From positions 1 through 64,000 of IMG/VR virus record IMGVR_UViG_3300032931_001151: 64,000 nt of DNA. One strand, 5' to 3'. The notes beneath the pieces were generated by a model that saw only the letters and a list, made by a program, of their open reading frames with translations, searched no databases and was not told where the DNA came from. Both the position numbers and the translations under genes were made by a program. Positions 37,918 through 48,288 of the stretch are shown in pieces (within the stretch, counting starts at the first letter, position 1; every line of letters begins with the position of its first letter).

Positions 37918-38447
37918 ATTTTTACCCCATCGTTTTTATCGTTAACAACTTCAAGATTTTGTTGCTTTACTAATTCCCTATATTCATCCCACCAATAGGG
38001 AACTTGAGTTTTCCAAGTTGCTATACGGTACTTACTACCCGCATAGTATAATCTATATGAGTGTACCGAATTATCGGTCATAAACTGGGTTGGCATAGCC
38101 AACTTCATTGGGGTTTCTTCGCCATTAGGTATTGACATAGATTCGCATTCGGCTCTATCAATAAGAGGATAACATCTGTGATGTTTACCATATCTCTTAG
38201 TGTATTCGGCACAAAGGGCTTTTCCGTGCCTTACAAGCCACTTAAAGTTATCCCTTGATTCACTAGCCCATAAACAACTAGGGTGCTTAGGATTAAATGA
38301 CTTATACATCCAACTAGCCTCAACGCCATGTTTTCTAAGAGACGTGTGTAAAATTTGTGTCGTTTCCAAGGACATTTTTATACAATGACGGTCTATAGCC
38401 ATAGAAGCCGCAATAATTGGATCCGTGTCAAGTGCGAAAATATTCAT
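37914..38447 (-). CDS. Pyrimidine dimer DNA glycosylase / endonuclease V-like protein
   Basis: MNIFALD.DP..AA...DRH.IKM.LE..QIL, HPSCLW, EYTKRYGK.H, AMP, YR.YY. Confidence 0.8.
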   Translation of the reverse strand: MNIFALDTDPIIAASMAIDRHCIKMSLETTQILHTSLRKHGVEASWMYKSFNPKHPSCLWASESRDNFKWLVRHGKALCAEYTKRYGKHHRCYPLIDRAECESMSIPNGEETPMKLAMPTQFMTDNSVHSYRLYYAGSKYRIATWKTQVPYWWDEYRELVKQQNLEVVNDKNDGVKI

Positions 38448-38468
38448 TTAGTATTCCTCGTTGTCTTA

Positions 38469-38496
38469 ATTATAACCATAAGAAACAAAAAGTCAA
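38469..38496 (-). promoter_or_regulatory. Early promoter TTGACT-N16-TATAAT
   Basis: Read directly. Confidence 0.8.
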
Positions 38497-38502
38497 ATAC
38501 AC

Positions 38503-39600
38503 TTATTCGTAGTTCCTTATAGCAACAATATATGGGAATCTCGGAATACCATCGGGAGTTCTCTTAAAGTGTCTAACCGTAGCCATTTGGCCTTTGACTT
38601 CACTAGCACTTTCAAGTAACTCCTTAAGCCATTCTTGATTACCTTTAATATTACTCTTGCACATTCTACCATCTTCTAATCTAATGGTGGCATATCCGGC
38701 CATACCAGTTCTATTACCTTCTCCCTCAAATATATCAATTATTTCAAATTCGGTATCGTCAAATTCTTTTCTCTTGAGAAGATTCTTTGATCTCTTATGC
38801 TCATATGGCTTATCGAGCCGAATTATTTGACCTTCATATCCACCTTGAATATATTGCCCATTTAATTCATCTAATTTTTGTTGACTATCAACTTTAGTTG
38901 CCTCAACTATAACTAATGATGGATGTAAATCTTTAATATCTTCGATAATTCTCTCATATCTTTTACTAAATGGCAACTTACCTTCACTAATATAATCATA
39001 TATCCAATATTGAATAACCTTTGAACTTTCTTCTAAATCTTGCGATGTTGGCTTAGTTTTCTTAACAAGAGACATTATTTTATTAAAATCGTTACATAGT
39101 TTGTGGCAATATAATTCTCCATCAAAAATAGCATTTGGGTTTTTATCAAATATTGGTTGAAGTGCTTTTCTAATATGTGGAGCAGATAAAATGGGCTTGC
39201 CATTTCTTGACCACATTCCATCATTTTTACATACACACCTCGACCCATCAAGCTTGACGTTAGACCAAATTGGGAACATACTTTCATCAAATTCATCTTC
39301 GTATTTCTTCGCAAGCATAGGTTCAACAAATTTTTGCACATCAATCTTCGTAATATCCTCATAGTAGCCCGAATCAACTTTCTTTTGCCACTTTGAAGTT
39401 GCTTCCGCTACTGCTTGATCTTGTGGAGTTGTTTCGTTTGCTCTTCCTACATTTTTCGATTCGCAAATAGTTGGCATTGAAGTAGTTATCTTGCCGTCTT
39501 TAAGTCCTTCATGAGTCTTGAATGTATTATCAATGACTTCAATAGTCCATTGTTGGATTGCACCATTAGAGGTTCTAGAATATAATGTGGGCAATTTCAT
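38503..39600 (-). CDS. lig: ATP-dependent DNA ligase with an N-terminal WGR-like domain
   Basis: PMLA, motif I KLDGSR, FDGELY, YD, YEGQIIR, KRSKNLLKRK, PRFP. Confidence 0.95.
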   Translation of the reverse strand: MKLPTLYSRTSNGAIQQWTIEVIDNTFKTHEGLKDGKITTSMPTICESKNVGRANETTPQDQAVAEATSKWQKKVDSGYYEDITKIDVQKFVEPMLAKKYEDEFDESMFPIWSNVKLDGSRCVCKNDGMWSRNGKPILSAPHIRKALQPIFDKNPNAIFDGELYCHKLCNDFNKIMSLVKKTKPTSQDLEESSKVIQYWIYDYISEGKLPFSKRYERIIEDIKDLHPSLVIVEATKVDSQQKLDELNGQYIQGGYEGQIIRLDKPYEHKRSKNLLKRKEFDDTEFEIIDIFEGEGNRTGMAGYATIRLEDGRMCKSNIKGNQEWLKELLESASEVKGQMATVRHFKRTPDGIPRFPYIVAIRNYE

Positions 39601-39609
39601 TTTGTTTCC

Positions 39610-40168
39610 TTATTTAATTAAAAATCTACTTGTATTATCTCTTATGGCTATAATAAATTGGCCGCACAACAAACTAGCATAAACACTGACAAATATTGTC
39701 ATTACAACTCCAAAAATTCCATATCCAAAAAATGGAATATTGGATACTATAACTATCATAGTTATAATTGCCATCATAATTGGTGGAAGATAATATCTCA
39801 TTTTAATTCCTTTATAATATTTAAGCCCATTCGGACGTTCCACCGGTTTTTCTATACTCTTCATTATCTCTATATATCTCATTTAGTCTTTTTTCTTTTT
39901 CTTCTTCCGTCATATACGAAGAGCCTCTTTTTAAATCTTTGACCATAGTATCTCTATGATCAGCCCAATTATCCCCTCTTAGTGATATTTTGTATATTCT
40001 ATAATCTTGAACTCCCTCATATACAATTTTAATATATACAACATCAAATGGATTTGATTTGAATAAACCACGTTCAACACTCGCATTTGGAATATTTTCT
40101 ACTTTTACTTTTGGATAATATTTATTTACCTCTGAAATAATTTCTTTAATCTTGTTATCTCGTGCCAT
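39610..40168 (-). other. Two hypothetical CDS (39610-39882 with two TMs; 39821-40168)
   Basis: ORF track and hydrophobicity. Confidence 0.55.
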
Positions 40169-40259
40169 TTTTTATCTTCCATAATTTTTATGTTTCCTTC
40201 TTTATTTCGTACTTGTTCTTGGTTTGGTGAAAATATATTATATATGCTAGTAATTAATG

Positions 40260-41069
40260 TCATTTTAATTCCTTTATAATATTTTCCCAAATCCAATCTT
40301 CGGCTATTTGGTACTTTTTTGCTTCTTCAAAGTTGCTCAAGACATTATCAAATCTCTTCTCATACTCTACATCCAAATTCATACTAGTCAATAGAGTAGA
40401 TAAGTCACTTACTCCATTAAATTGAATAATATCTTTAAAGAATCTTGAAATTGACGGGCAGCCCCAATAGATGGGAATGCATCCACATAAAAGAGGATTA
40501 ACTATCTTTTCCGTTACCCAATAATCGTACTTATCGTTTTCTATAACTATCGTAAACTTGTAATCTCTATATGCTTGCAAGACAGAATCTATTCTATTAT
40601 ACCCATTACCATATACATCAATTCCTTTTATATTCCTAATAACTTCATGCCGAAGTTTATGGCCTTCTAAATCCGCTTTTGAAGATGCAACTATTGATAC
40701 ATCTTTTGTTTTTGGATAGACTTTTTGCTCATTGGCATATAGCCAAGAGCCGCCATAGGGATAAAATACGAATTTTGGCGATAAAGAAAGCAATTGGCTA
40801 TCATGGGTAAGTACATAATCAAATAGGTTATAATTATGCTTAATCCAATGATACCATTGTGGTACGAACCCTCTTGGTTCAATTAGCATGCCAATTTTAA
40901 CTTTTTCGGTTATTAGATGTACTCTATTAAACCATGATTCTGTTATAAATGCAAAATTAGAATCTTGTAATGTTCTTGACCATTCAAAATATTTTGATTT
41001 AATTTCTAACCCCCCATTAGCCATTGTATGAGCATGGGGAAATTGTTCATCATATATTTTTATTTGCAT
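40260..41069 (-). CDS. Glycosyltransferase family 10 (alpha-1,3-fucosyltransferase-like)
   Basis: IEP, YKFTIVIEN..YWVTEKI..PL..GCIPIYWG. Confidence 0.85.
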   Translation of the reverse strand: MQIKIYDEQFPHAHTMANGGLEIKSKYFEWSRTLQDSNFAFITESWFNRVHLITEKVKIGMLIEPRGFVPQWYHWIKHNYNLFDYVLTHDSQLLSLSPKFVFYPYGGSWLYANEQKVYPKTKDVSIVASSKADLEGHKLRHEVIRNIKGIDVYGNGYNRIDSVLQAYRDYKFTIVIENDKYDYWVTEKIVNPLLCGCIPIYWGCPSISRFFKDIIQFNGVSDLSTLLTSMNLDVEYEKRFDNVLSNFEEAKKYQIAEDWIWENIIKELK

Positions 41070-41857
41070 TAGTTTGTTTTCTTAAAAAATGTTTTATAAT
41101 GATCTAACCAATTTTGAGAAATGTGTTTAGGCTTCATTGTATCTAAAAAGTGGTTTCTCCACATAAGAATAAACTCTTCAATATTGTTTCCTTTTTCAAG
41201 ATATCTCTCCATAAAGATAGTATCTCTAGTATCAAAATATGTATCCGATGGGATATCATGGTACTCCATTACGACGGCTTCTTCTAATGTGATGTTATAT
41301 CCAACATGCTTGCCTAAATTCTTCAACAATCCATCTATTGCCGATTGCGAAAGATCCTTAAATTTCTCTTTTAATGTATAAAGAATCCCATTGATGGCGA
41401 TTATAGTCTTATTTTGATTCTCAATACCTTGTAGTGGAATGTCATATTTCTTATGAAGAGAATCTTTTAATTTGTTTGCCTCATCTTCATAAGTCTCATG
41501 GCAGTCAAGACATACACAAAGTATATCAAAGTGGTTTGAGTTCTTATAGTCATCGGGAAGTACTTTGCGATATTGATATGGAACTATATGATGCTTGCTC
41601 AAATGTTCTTTTGCTCCGCAAACTACACAATGATTAGGCAATTTCTCCAAAAAGAATGGATTTGTATTTCCTGGGCCTTTTGGTTCAAATTTAAGTCTAT
41701 AAGTATGTGCCTCGATATGAGTTACGAGATCCTTTTTAATATACCAATTTACTTTCTTTTTATCACAAAGGAATAATACTTTACCCCTAGGATCTTGCAT
41801 CTCATAGGAATCGTATATATTTCCTTGAGATTCTTGAAGATAGTTATCGTTTTTCAT
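41069..41857 (-). CDS. HNH-type protein homologous to the C-terminal domain of eukaryotic EXD2
   Basis: Y.....P.G..L..CD.KK..WY..K..LKFEP.G..N.CVVCG......HHIVP..YRK..P...K..N..D.L..C..CH and WR.HFLD.M.PKH....W. Confidence 0.8.
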   Translation of the reverse strand: MKNDNYLQESQGNIYDSYEMQDPRGKVLFLCDKKKVNWYIKKDLVTHIEAHTYRLKFEPKGPGNTNPFFLEKLPNHCVVCGAKEHLSKHHIVPYQYRKVLPDDYKNSNHFDILCVCLDCHETYEDEANKLKDSLHKKYDIPLQGIENQNKTIIAINGILYTLKEKFKDLSQSAIDGLLKNLGKHVGYNITLEEAVVMEYHDIPSDTYFDTRDTIFMERYLEKGNNIEEFILMWRNHFLDTMKPKHISQNWLDHYKTFFKKTN

Positions 41858-42410
41858 AATGAGTGTTCCAATAGTCGTACATGTATTTGGTTAAAATGTT
41901 TATTTTTCTATCTTGATCGGTTTTGCCTTTGTGCAATAGTGGTGCTTTTTTAATAAACTTTAAACTTGGTATTCTCGTATTATTGTCCAAAACATATATA
42001 AGTCCAGCATAGGTTGGAACATCTTTAATATCTATTATATTTTCCGGACACACAAAATAGAAATAGTTTGGGCCTTTAAATTCGTCCATATGAGTAGTTT
42101 GTTGTATTCCGGTGAAATTTGGAGTAAATTGATCAACTACTTTTTCATTCTTTCCATATTCAGCTTCAGTAAGCAATTCGCCGTTTCTTTTACCTTTGAA
42201 CCATTCGTGCTTTACCTTTTTAGCAGTGAAATCTCTTTTAAAGTCGCTTTTAGATTGTTTGATTTCAAATTCCATAAGGTATCCCGCCTTTGAAATTGCC
42301 ATAAAATCAACTTCAAACCAATAATGAAGGTGCTTATTAGACACCATAAATTCGTTTTGGCGGCATTTACAATAGAAATAAATTGCTTTTTGAATATCTT
42401 TAGTTTCCAT
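41844..42410 (-). CDS. MmcB-like PD-(D/E)XK nuclease
   Basis: EVDFMAI..EFEIKQSKSDFKRDF..K; PNYFYFVCP; YAGLI. Confidence 0.75.
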   Translation of the reverse strand: METKDIQKAIYFYCKCRQNEFMVSNKHLHYWFEVDFMAISKAGYLMEFEIKQSKSDFKRDFTAKKVKHEWFKGKRNGELLTEAEYGKNEKVVDQFTPNFTGIQQTTHMDEFKGPNYFYFVCPENIIDIKDVPTYAGLIYVLDNNTRIPSLKFIKKAPLLHKGKTDQDRKINILTKYMYDYWNTHYEKR

Positions 42411-42430
42411 TCAATTAATCCTTTGACCCA

Positions 42431-42477
42431 ATTATAGTGCCAACAACGAAAAGTCAATCAATAAATTTTGATAAATA
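42431..42477. promoter_or_regulatory. Divergent promoters: early TTGACT-N15-TATAAT (-, 42431-42457) and late-like GATAAATA (+, 42470-42477)
   Basis: At the strand switch. Confidence 0.7.
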
Positions 42478-42491
42478 AGGTTGAGGTAATT

Positions 42492-43160
42492 ATGTCACTA
42501 AGAAATAAAATAATTAATTTATTTGAGGCTCATGACTTGTTTGATCAACAAGGAAGTATTAATGTGGACCACGGAGAAATCGGAAATAGAGATCAAATGG
42601 GTAGTATGTGGCATTCTTATCCAAGCATTGATTATGCCATGCTTGAAGATGGAGAAAAACCAAGAATATACATTGATATGGATAGTGTTTTATGCGATTT
42701 TGTTAAATCTTTCAAAGAAAAAGTCGGAATTTCCCCCGAAGAGTATGAAGCAACTAACGGAAAAAATGCTTTTTGGGATATTATAGAGTCTTGGGGAGAG
42801 GATTTTTGGGAAACTCTACCGTGGATGCCAGATGGAAAAGAACTTTGGAATTATGTATCTAAATATAATCCCATAATACTATCTGCTGCAATGGCTGGAT
42901 ATCAAAGAAGAGGAAAATCAAAGTGGCTTCAAAAAGAAATAGGATATTCCGATACTCCTATAGTTAATCCAAGTAATTGGAAAGGCCAATCTAAAGTAAT
43001 ATTTCATAAAGACAAATGGAGATTTATTCTAGAAAAAAACGAAATATTAATTGATGACACCGAAAGCAAGATTGAACCTTGGCACGATAATGGCGGAATC
43101 GGTATACTTCACACATCCGCTAAAAATACTATAGAGTATTTGAAAAAAATTGGATTATAA
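42492..43160 (+). CDS. HAD-family 5'(3')-deoxyribonucleotidase with an N-terminal late-protein extension
   Basis: IYIDMDSVLCDF, FWETLPWMPDG, ILS, K, ILIDD; start at the ATG 42492 after GAGG (MSLRNKIINLFEA). Confidence 0.85.
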   Translation: MSLRNKIINLFEAHDLFDQQGSINVDHGEIGNRDQMGSMWHSYPSIDYAMLEDGEKPRIYIDMDSVLCDFVKSFKEKVGISPEEYEATNGKNAFWDIIESWGEDFWETLPWMPDGKELWNYVSKYNPIILSAAMAGYQRRGKSKWLQKEIGYSDTPIVNPSNWKGQSKVIFHKDKWRFILEKNEILIDDTESKIEPWHDNGGIGILHTSAKNTIEYLKKIGL

Positions 43161-43163
43161 ATA
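43156..43163 (+). promoter_or_regulatory. T4-type late promoter TATAAATA
   Basis: About 20 nt upstream of the ATG at 43183. Confidence 0.7.
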
Positions 43164-43182
43164 CTATTAATTGGAGACGAAA

Positions 43183-46100
43183 ATGCCAGCCATTAAAATA
43201 GATCAAGTAACTTTTGCTAAAAAAGACACTTATAATAGTGTCCTCCCAAATGAGTTATCTATAATTGCCACGTCGGATAATAAATTAAAATATATAGATT
43301 CTCTAAACAATTCACATGAATTAATGTCTAATACATCCGTGGCTCCTTTAACTGGTAGTTTACAATATCAAATAAATGCATTATCAGATAGTAATACGGA
43401 TTCAACTTCAATAACGGAAGATACTATGACAAACACTATTTTAGAGTTAAATAGAATTGGTTCTATGCCGGATGTAGCATCAACTTTGTTAATTGGATCC
43501 GGAACTACCGATTTCTCCCCAACTACCTCCTCTACGGTATTAACTGTCGGCGGAAAATCAAAGTTGCCTGGGAGAATTTATATAGAAAATAGATCTTTCA
43601 TGAATACCGATCAAACACAATATTTAAATGGTGTTAATACTCCATGGAATGTATGGAATGAATTCGGCTCAATATCTAACACTTATGATCATGATTGGTG
43701 GGATGCAGAATTTGCAAGGTTAGTAAATCGTGGAATTAATGCTACTCGTGTGTGGATAAATGATAGTCCAGGAAATGAAGGTGTAACTCTAAATTCGGAT
43801 GGCTCATGCAACCCACCAACCGCAAAATTTTGGCAAGATGTTGATGATTTAATGGCCCTTGCCGCAACTCATAAAATATTTGTTATGCCAACTGTTATGT
43901 CGTTTGATCATTTTAGTTGGAATAATACGGGATCCGAACGTTATCACTTTATGATGGGTAAAGAAAGTAATGTACAAAGTTTTATTGATAACTTTTTGGT
44001 CCCTTTAGCTGAAAGATATATTGACAATCCTTGGGTTTGGTCTATTGATTTAGGAAACGAAATTGACGGTATGCCAGAAAATATGGAGACATCTACTCCT
44101 AGAACCGTAACAGCAACTCCGGTTGGTGGCGGATCAAAAGTTGTAAATTTTAGTGATAGATTATCGGACTATGTTGTAGGTACACGTTTATGGGTTAATG
44201 GAACCGACATGGGGTTAGTCACAATAAGAAATAGCGATACACAATGTACCGCAACCAATGCATATTCGGGGGCATCTCAAACCTTTGGATTATATGGTTG
44301 GGGATTTTACGGTATGAATTGGGCGACCTTACAAAGATATGCTGCAATGGCTTCTAAAAGTATACATTCGTTAGACATATCACCTCTCGTGACAATCGGA
44401 ATGCAATCAATTAAATATGTCTCTGGCAATTATAGTGGAGATTATTTCTCCGATACTATTCTTTTGGGCTACACAAATAGCCCGAAATCAAAATTAGACT
44501 ACCACCAAATTCATTGGTATAATTGGGCCGAGCCTTGGTATAGACTTATGCTATCACCAACTGCACACGGACTTTCAGTAAAGCCTGCGGTAATGGGAGA
44601 ATTTCCAGCCGCTTGGGCTAACATGAATGTACCAGGAGTGTATACGTGGTATCCACAAACATATTTCTCTTTAGGACAATATGTTTATGGTAAAGATGAT
44701 GGCCTATTATATGTATGCTCTCAAGCCGGCTTAAGTGGACCTGTTAATGGTGTAGCCGGTGGAGATAGAGGGCCTGGCGGTGGCGGGAATGGTATAACAG
44801 ACGGTTCCGCTAAATGGGATCATTGTGTAAATGATAGTACTTGGAAATCTGAAACAAGTTATAGTGTTTATAATATGATTATTGGAGATCAAGGAACTAA
44901 AACGTATATTTGCACGGAAGCGGGAACGTCGGCGGCTAATAGTAGCGGACCATATGGAACAACTCCACCAGTAGACGGGACTGTCACTTGGGAATTCGTA
45001 AGAAATGTGGTAAAAAATGAAAAAGTAGTTTTGGATTTCTTCATTTCTAGTGGATGGGCTGGAGCAATGCCGTGGAATAGTAATATGTTTAGTACAAATG
45101 GCGGATTATATGAAGTAAATTTACAAAATAAAATTTTTGACAATTGGGGTGCATTGACAGACTACTATGTTAATAGCGAAATTTTAAATGATGGCTACAA
45201 AGTATATAGGTGTTTAGCCCAAGGAAAGAGTGCGGCTAGCGGCGGCCCAACCGGAACAGGTCAATCAATATCTGATGGTGGAGTTACATGGAGCTATACA
45301 AGAGAAATATCTGGAAATCCCGCATGGACTACTTTTGGATTGGCAATTAAAGAAACATCCGATGAGAATGTGGTATCTATATATCCAAATACTAATATAA
45401 CACCCGATAACTCAGGAAAATCAATACGCCAAACTATGAGTAGAGCATGGTATAAATCCGGATTTGACATGCAATCCGCACAGGTATTTAAATTTGATAA
45501 GCCTTTAGATAGTACAATTCAAAATGTTGGATTTTTTGATGATGATGACGGTTATTTTTTAAGTTATAATAATGGTGATTTGCAAATAGGCGTTAGATCA
45601 AATGGATCTTCTTTACTTGTTGATAGATCTAATTGGAATATTGACAAGTTTGATGGGTCAGGCCCATCTACATTAACACTAGATATAACTGGAACCATGA
45701 ATACCGTGTTAATAAATTCGGGATGGATACATGGCGGAAAAAATTTGGTAGGATTTATTTTTAATAACAAAAAGTATTGGGCACATGAGTTTGAACATTC
45801 GTCAATATATCCCTCAAATCCGAATTTACCGTTAAGATGGGAAATCGAGGCGACGGCCCCAATTGATGAGACGAGAGCTATTGAATCATTTATGGGATAT
45901 GTTACTACTCAAAATAACTATAATATTACACAAAAAAGAACTAATGGTAGAGCAGACTATGCTATTCAACTTAATGGCGGTATTACACAAGAGGCTATAT
46001 CAATTAGAATTCCATCCACATATCAAAAATATAGTACTCTAAGACCAATTAGAATAAAAGTATTGGATACCACCGGGTCCGAATTCCAAGTATTCCATTG

Positions 46101-46380
46101 GAAGTTAATTTTAAATCCATATGAAACCGGTACGGGGGCTTGGATACAATCTTCAAATGGCATATCCGAATATAATTTAACTCGGTCTACGGAACAAGGT
46201 ACTGGAATAGTCATAACTCAAGGATATAATAGGGGAGATTGCGATGTTGTTCTTGAAAATCTTCCATATTTGGGGGCAACTATAGATGGTACTAGTGATG
46301 TATATAGTCTACAAATAACTAACCTAACTCAATCCTCAACTTATTACTTCGTGAGTATGGATTGGGAAGAAATTAAATAA
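43183..46380 (+). CDS. Virion/tail-associated protein with a GH5-like glycoside hydrolase and CBM5/12-like repeats
   Basis: GVNTPW, GINATRVW, acid/base GNEID, HWY, nucleophile VMGEF, GAMPW; three W..Y...Y.C..AG.S...GP.G...DG...W repeats; start at the ATG 43183 after GGAG. Confidence 0.8.
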   Translation: MPAIKIDQVTFAKKDTYNSVLPNELSIIATSDNKLKYIDSLNNSHELMSNTSVAPLTGSLQYQINALSDSNTDSTSITEDTMTNTILELNRIGSMPDVASTLLIGSGTTDFSPTTSSTVLTVGGKSKLPGRIYIENRSFMNTDQTQYLNGVNTPWNVWNEFGSISNTYDHDWWDAEFARLVNRGINATRVWINDSPGNEGVTLNSDGSCNPPTAKFWQDVDDLMALAATHKIFVMPTVMSFDHFSWNNTGSERYHFMMGKESNVQSFIDNFLVPLAERYIDNPWVWSIDLGNEIDGMPENMETSTPRTVTATPVGGGSKVVNFSDRLSDYVVGTRLWVNGTDMGLVTIRNSDTQCTATNAYSGASQTFGLYGWGFYGMNWATLQRYAAMASKSIHSLDISPLVTIGMQSIKYVSGNYSGDYFSDTILLGYTNSPKSKLDYHQIHWYNWAEPWYRLMLSPTAHGLSVKPAVMGEFPAAWANMNVPGVYTWYPQTYFSLGQYVYGKDDGLLYVCSQAGLSGPVNGVAGGDRGPGGGGNGITDGSAKWDHCVNDSTWKSETSYSVYNMIIGDQGTKTYICTEAGTSAANSSGPYGTTPPVDGTVTWEFVRNVVKNEKVVLDFFISSGWAGAMPWNSNMFSTNGGLYEVNLQNKIFDNWGALTDYYVNSEILNDGYKVYRCLAQGKSAASGGPTGTGQSISDGGVTWSYTREISGNPAWTTFGLAIKETSDENVVSIYPNTNITPDNSGKSIRQTMSRAWYKSGFDMQSAQVFKFDKPLDSTIQNVGFFDDDDGYFLSYNNGDLQIGVRSNGSSLLVDRSNWNIDKFDGSGPSTLTLDITGTMNTVLINSGWIHGGKNLVGFIFNNKKYWAHEFEHSSIYPSNPNLPLRWEIEATAPIDETRAIESFMGYVTTQNNYNITQKRTNGRADYAIQLNGGITQEAISIRIPSTYQKYSTLRPIRIKVLDTTGSEFQVFHWKLILNPYETGTGAWIQSSNGISEYNLTRSTEQGTGIVITQGYNRGDCDVVLENLPYLGATIDGTSDVYSLQITNLTQSSTYYFVSMDWEEIK

Positions 46381-46394
46381 TAGGAATTAATCTT

Positions 46395-46985
46395 GTGGAT
46401 CCAATAAATAATACCCAAACTTTTACACAATTAGCAAAAAGTAGATCTCCGCAAAATGCAAGATCTGATTTGGAAATTGACTTATATAGTCCTCAAGGAA
46501 TTATAACTAGATTATCGGAATTAGAATCTACTACTACTACTACTACCACTTCAATATCTTCTCAAAATAACTCAATAAACACTCTTTATTCTAATTATAC
46601 AAACATCTCAACTACACACTCAATATCGGCAGGATTACAAGAACAATTAGATTCAATTAATATAGTTGCAGGTTCAAATGTTACGGTAGTTCAAAATCCA
46701 AATAAGACTTGGACTATTTCAAGTATTGGAGGAAGTGGTGGCGGTGGTGGCACTGGGAATGGTTGGACACCAATTGCCGGAACAGGGATGTCTATAACCG
46801 CTCCAACTACTTCAAGTTACTTGTTTAGCGTGGACGATTATATCGGAGCAACAGAAGTTGCCTCTATATCGTCCGGATTACAATCACAACTTGACTCTAT
46901 GTTGTCTAGAATTACTATACTTGAACAAAACTTAACCCCATTAGCCATAAATACTTTTGACATGGTTTCCCCATTCGTAATATAA
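46395..46985 (+). CDS. Tail-fibre-like structural protein
   Basis: SISAGLQEQL and SISSGLQSQL repeats, AGSNVTV and AGTGMSI fibre motifs, Gly linker. Confidence 0.6.
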   Translation: MDPINNTQTFTQLAKSRSPQNARSDLEIDLYSPQGIITRLSELESTTTTTTTSISSQNNSINTLYSNYTNISTTHSISAGLQEQLDSINIVAGSNVTVVQNPNKTWTISSIGGSGGGGGTGNGWTPIAGTGMSITAPTTSSYLFSVDDYIGATEVASISSGLQSQLDSMLSRITILEQNLTPLAINTFDMVSPFVI

Positions 46986-47004
46986 AAAGTTATAAGGATT
47001 TTTA

Positions 47005-48285
47005 ATGACCGCCCTTACAACATCCACGACCTCTATAACCGCAGATATAAGTGGAATTTTAACTTTTGGTCATTTAGCCCAGCATCCGGCGGCGGGGGCT
47101 ATACATGCTATAGGTGGAACATATCCACTAGATTCGTATTTGTCTCCATTAAATTTTACAACTTTTAGATCTACACAATCAAAAATAGTATCTAATATAT
47201 CAAGATATAGATCTTACGGCATGAAATTAGTTCCAGTTATGTCTGATGATTTTGGATATTATGTTACTAATTTCCCAGGAGATCCGGCATATCCTCTATC
47301 AACTTGGGAATCTTGGGTAACTAATTATGTAAATCAAATGGTTTCTAATGGATTTGTAGATGCTTGGTGTATTGATATTTGGAATGAACCCAATTTATCC
47401 CAATTTTGGCCTAGACCTTTTAGTCAATTTTGTGATGTGTGGATCACGGCAGCGGCTACAATAAAATCCCTACAACCTACTTGGAAAGTTTGCGGCCCAT
47501 CATTGTCTCAATATGATGGCACTTTAATAGGGCAATTTTTTAATGCATGTAAAAATGCCGGCGTATATCCTGATGTTATTAGCTTCCATCAAACCGCCAT
47601 TCAGTATTTTAATCTAAATGAGCCGTGGGAATTTCCGACGAATCTTGAAACAACTAATACTATGGCAACTTCAGCCGGAATTTCGGGAAAACCATTTTTT
47701 CTTGGAGAATACATTTCTTCGGGTCTTGATATAACACGGCCTGGGCCGGCAGCTTCTTGGATGATATCAATGGATTCGGCTGGAACAAATGCAGTTTCAG
47801 CGGCGTGCCACTCAACCTTTCCGGAATCGGATTATGCGGATCCTTTATTAAATACCGGAGATAATATAGACAATAGCACTAGAGATACATTGTGTGGCAT
47901 CTTATCACCGGATAATATGCCTAGGGCCGTATGGTTTTTATATAGAGATTATGCAAATATGACCGGGATTATGGCTTCCGACTTATCAGCCGCAATATTA
48001 GTAAACGTCGATAATGAAAAAAAAGAATTTAATGCTATATATTGTGCTAAAAGCCCAACTACTAAAAGACAATTTATAATAATCAAAAATTTTGGCGAGG
48101 TTTTTTCTCCAAATAGAATTATGTATACTATAATAAAATATCAAGATAGTGCTTGGGCCAAATGCTCAACACCTCCATTAGTGGAATATGGAACTATTCT
48201 TAATAATTTTGATAATATTATATTGAGAATTCCTCCGTTTTCAGCTGGAACAGAAGCAATACACATAAAAATGGTTTCAAGGTGA
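47005..48285 (+). CDS. Clan GH-A glycoside hydrolase (GH39-like)
   Basis: DIWNEPNL..FW, KVCGPS, DVISFH, FLGEY, GIL....PR. Confidence 0.75.
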   Translation: MTALTTSTTSITADISGILTFGHLAQHPAAGAIHAIGGTYPLDSYLSPLNFTTFRSTQSKIVSNISRYRSYGMKLVPVMSDDFGYYVTNFPGDPAYPLSTWESWVTNYVNQMVSNGFVDAWCIDIWNEPNLSQFWPRPFSQFCDVWITAAATIKSLQPTWKVCGPSLSQYDGTLIGQFFNACKNAGVYPDVISFHQTAIQYFNLNEPWEFPTNLETTNTMATSAGISGKPFFLGEYISSGLDITRPGPAASWMISMDSAGTNAVSAACHSTFPESDYADPLLNTGDNIDNSTRDTLCGILSPDNMPRAVWFLYRDYANMTGIMASDLSAAILVNVDNEKKEFNAIYCAKSPTTKRQFIIIKNFGEVFSPNRIMYTIIKYQDSAWAKCSTPPLVEYGTILNNFDNIILRIPPFSAGTEAIHIKMVSR

Positions 48286-48288
48286 CAT

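Noticed and set aside
46529-46550. (ACT)n microsatellite as a phase-variation site
   Set aside because: It is an in-frame trinucleotide run encoding poly-Thr, so slippage would not switch expression.
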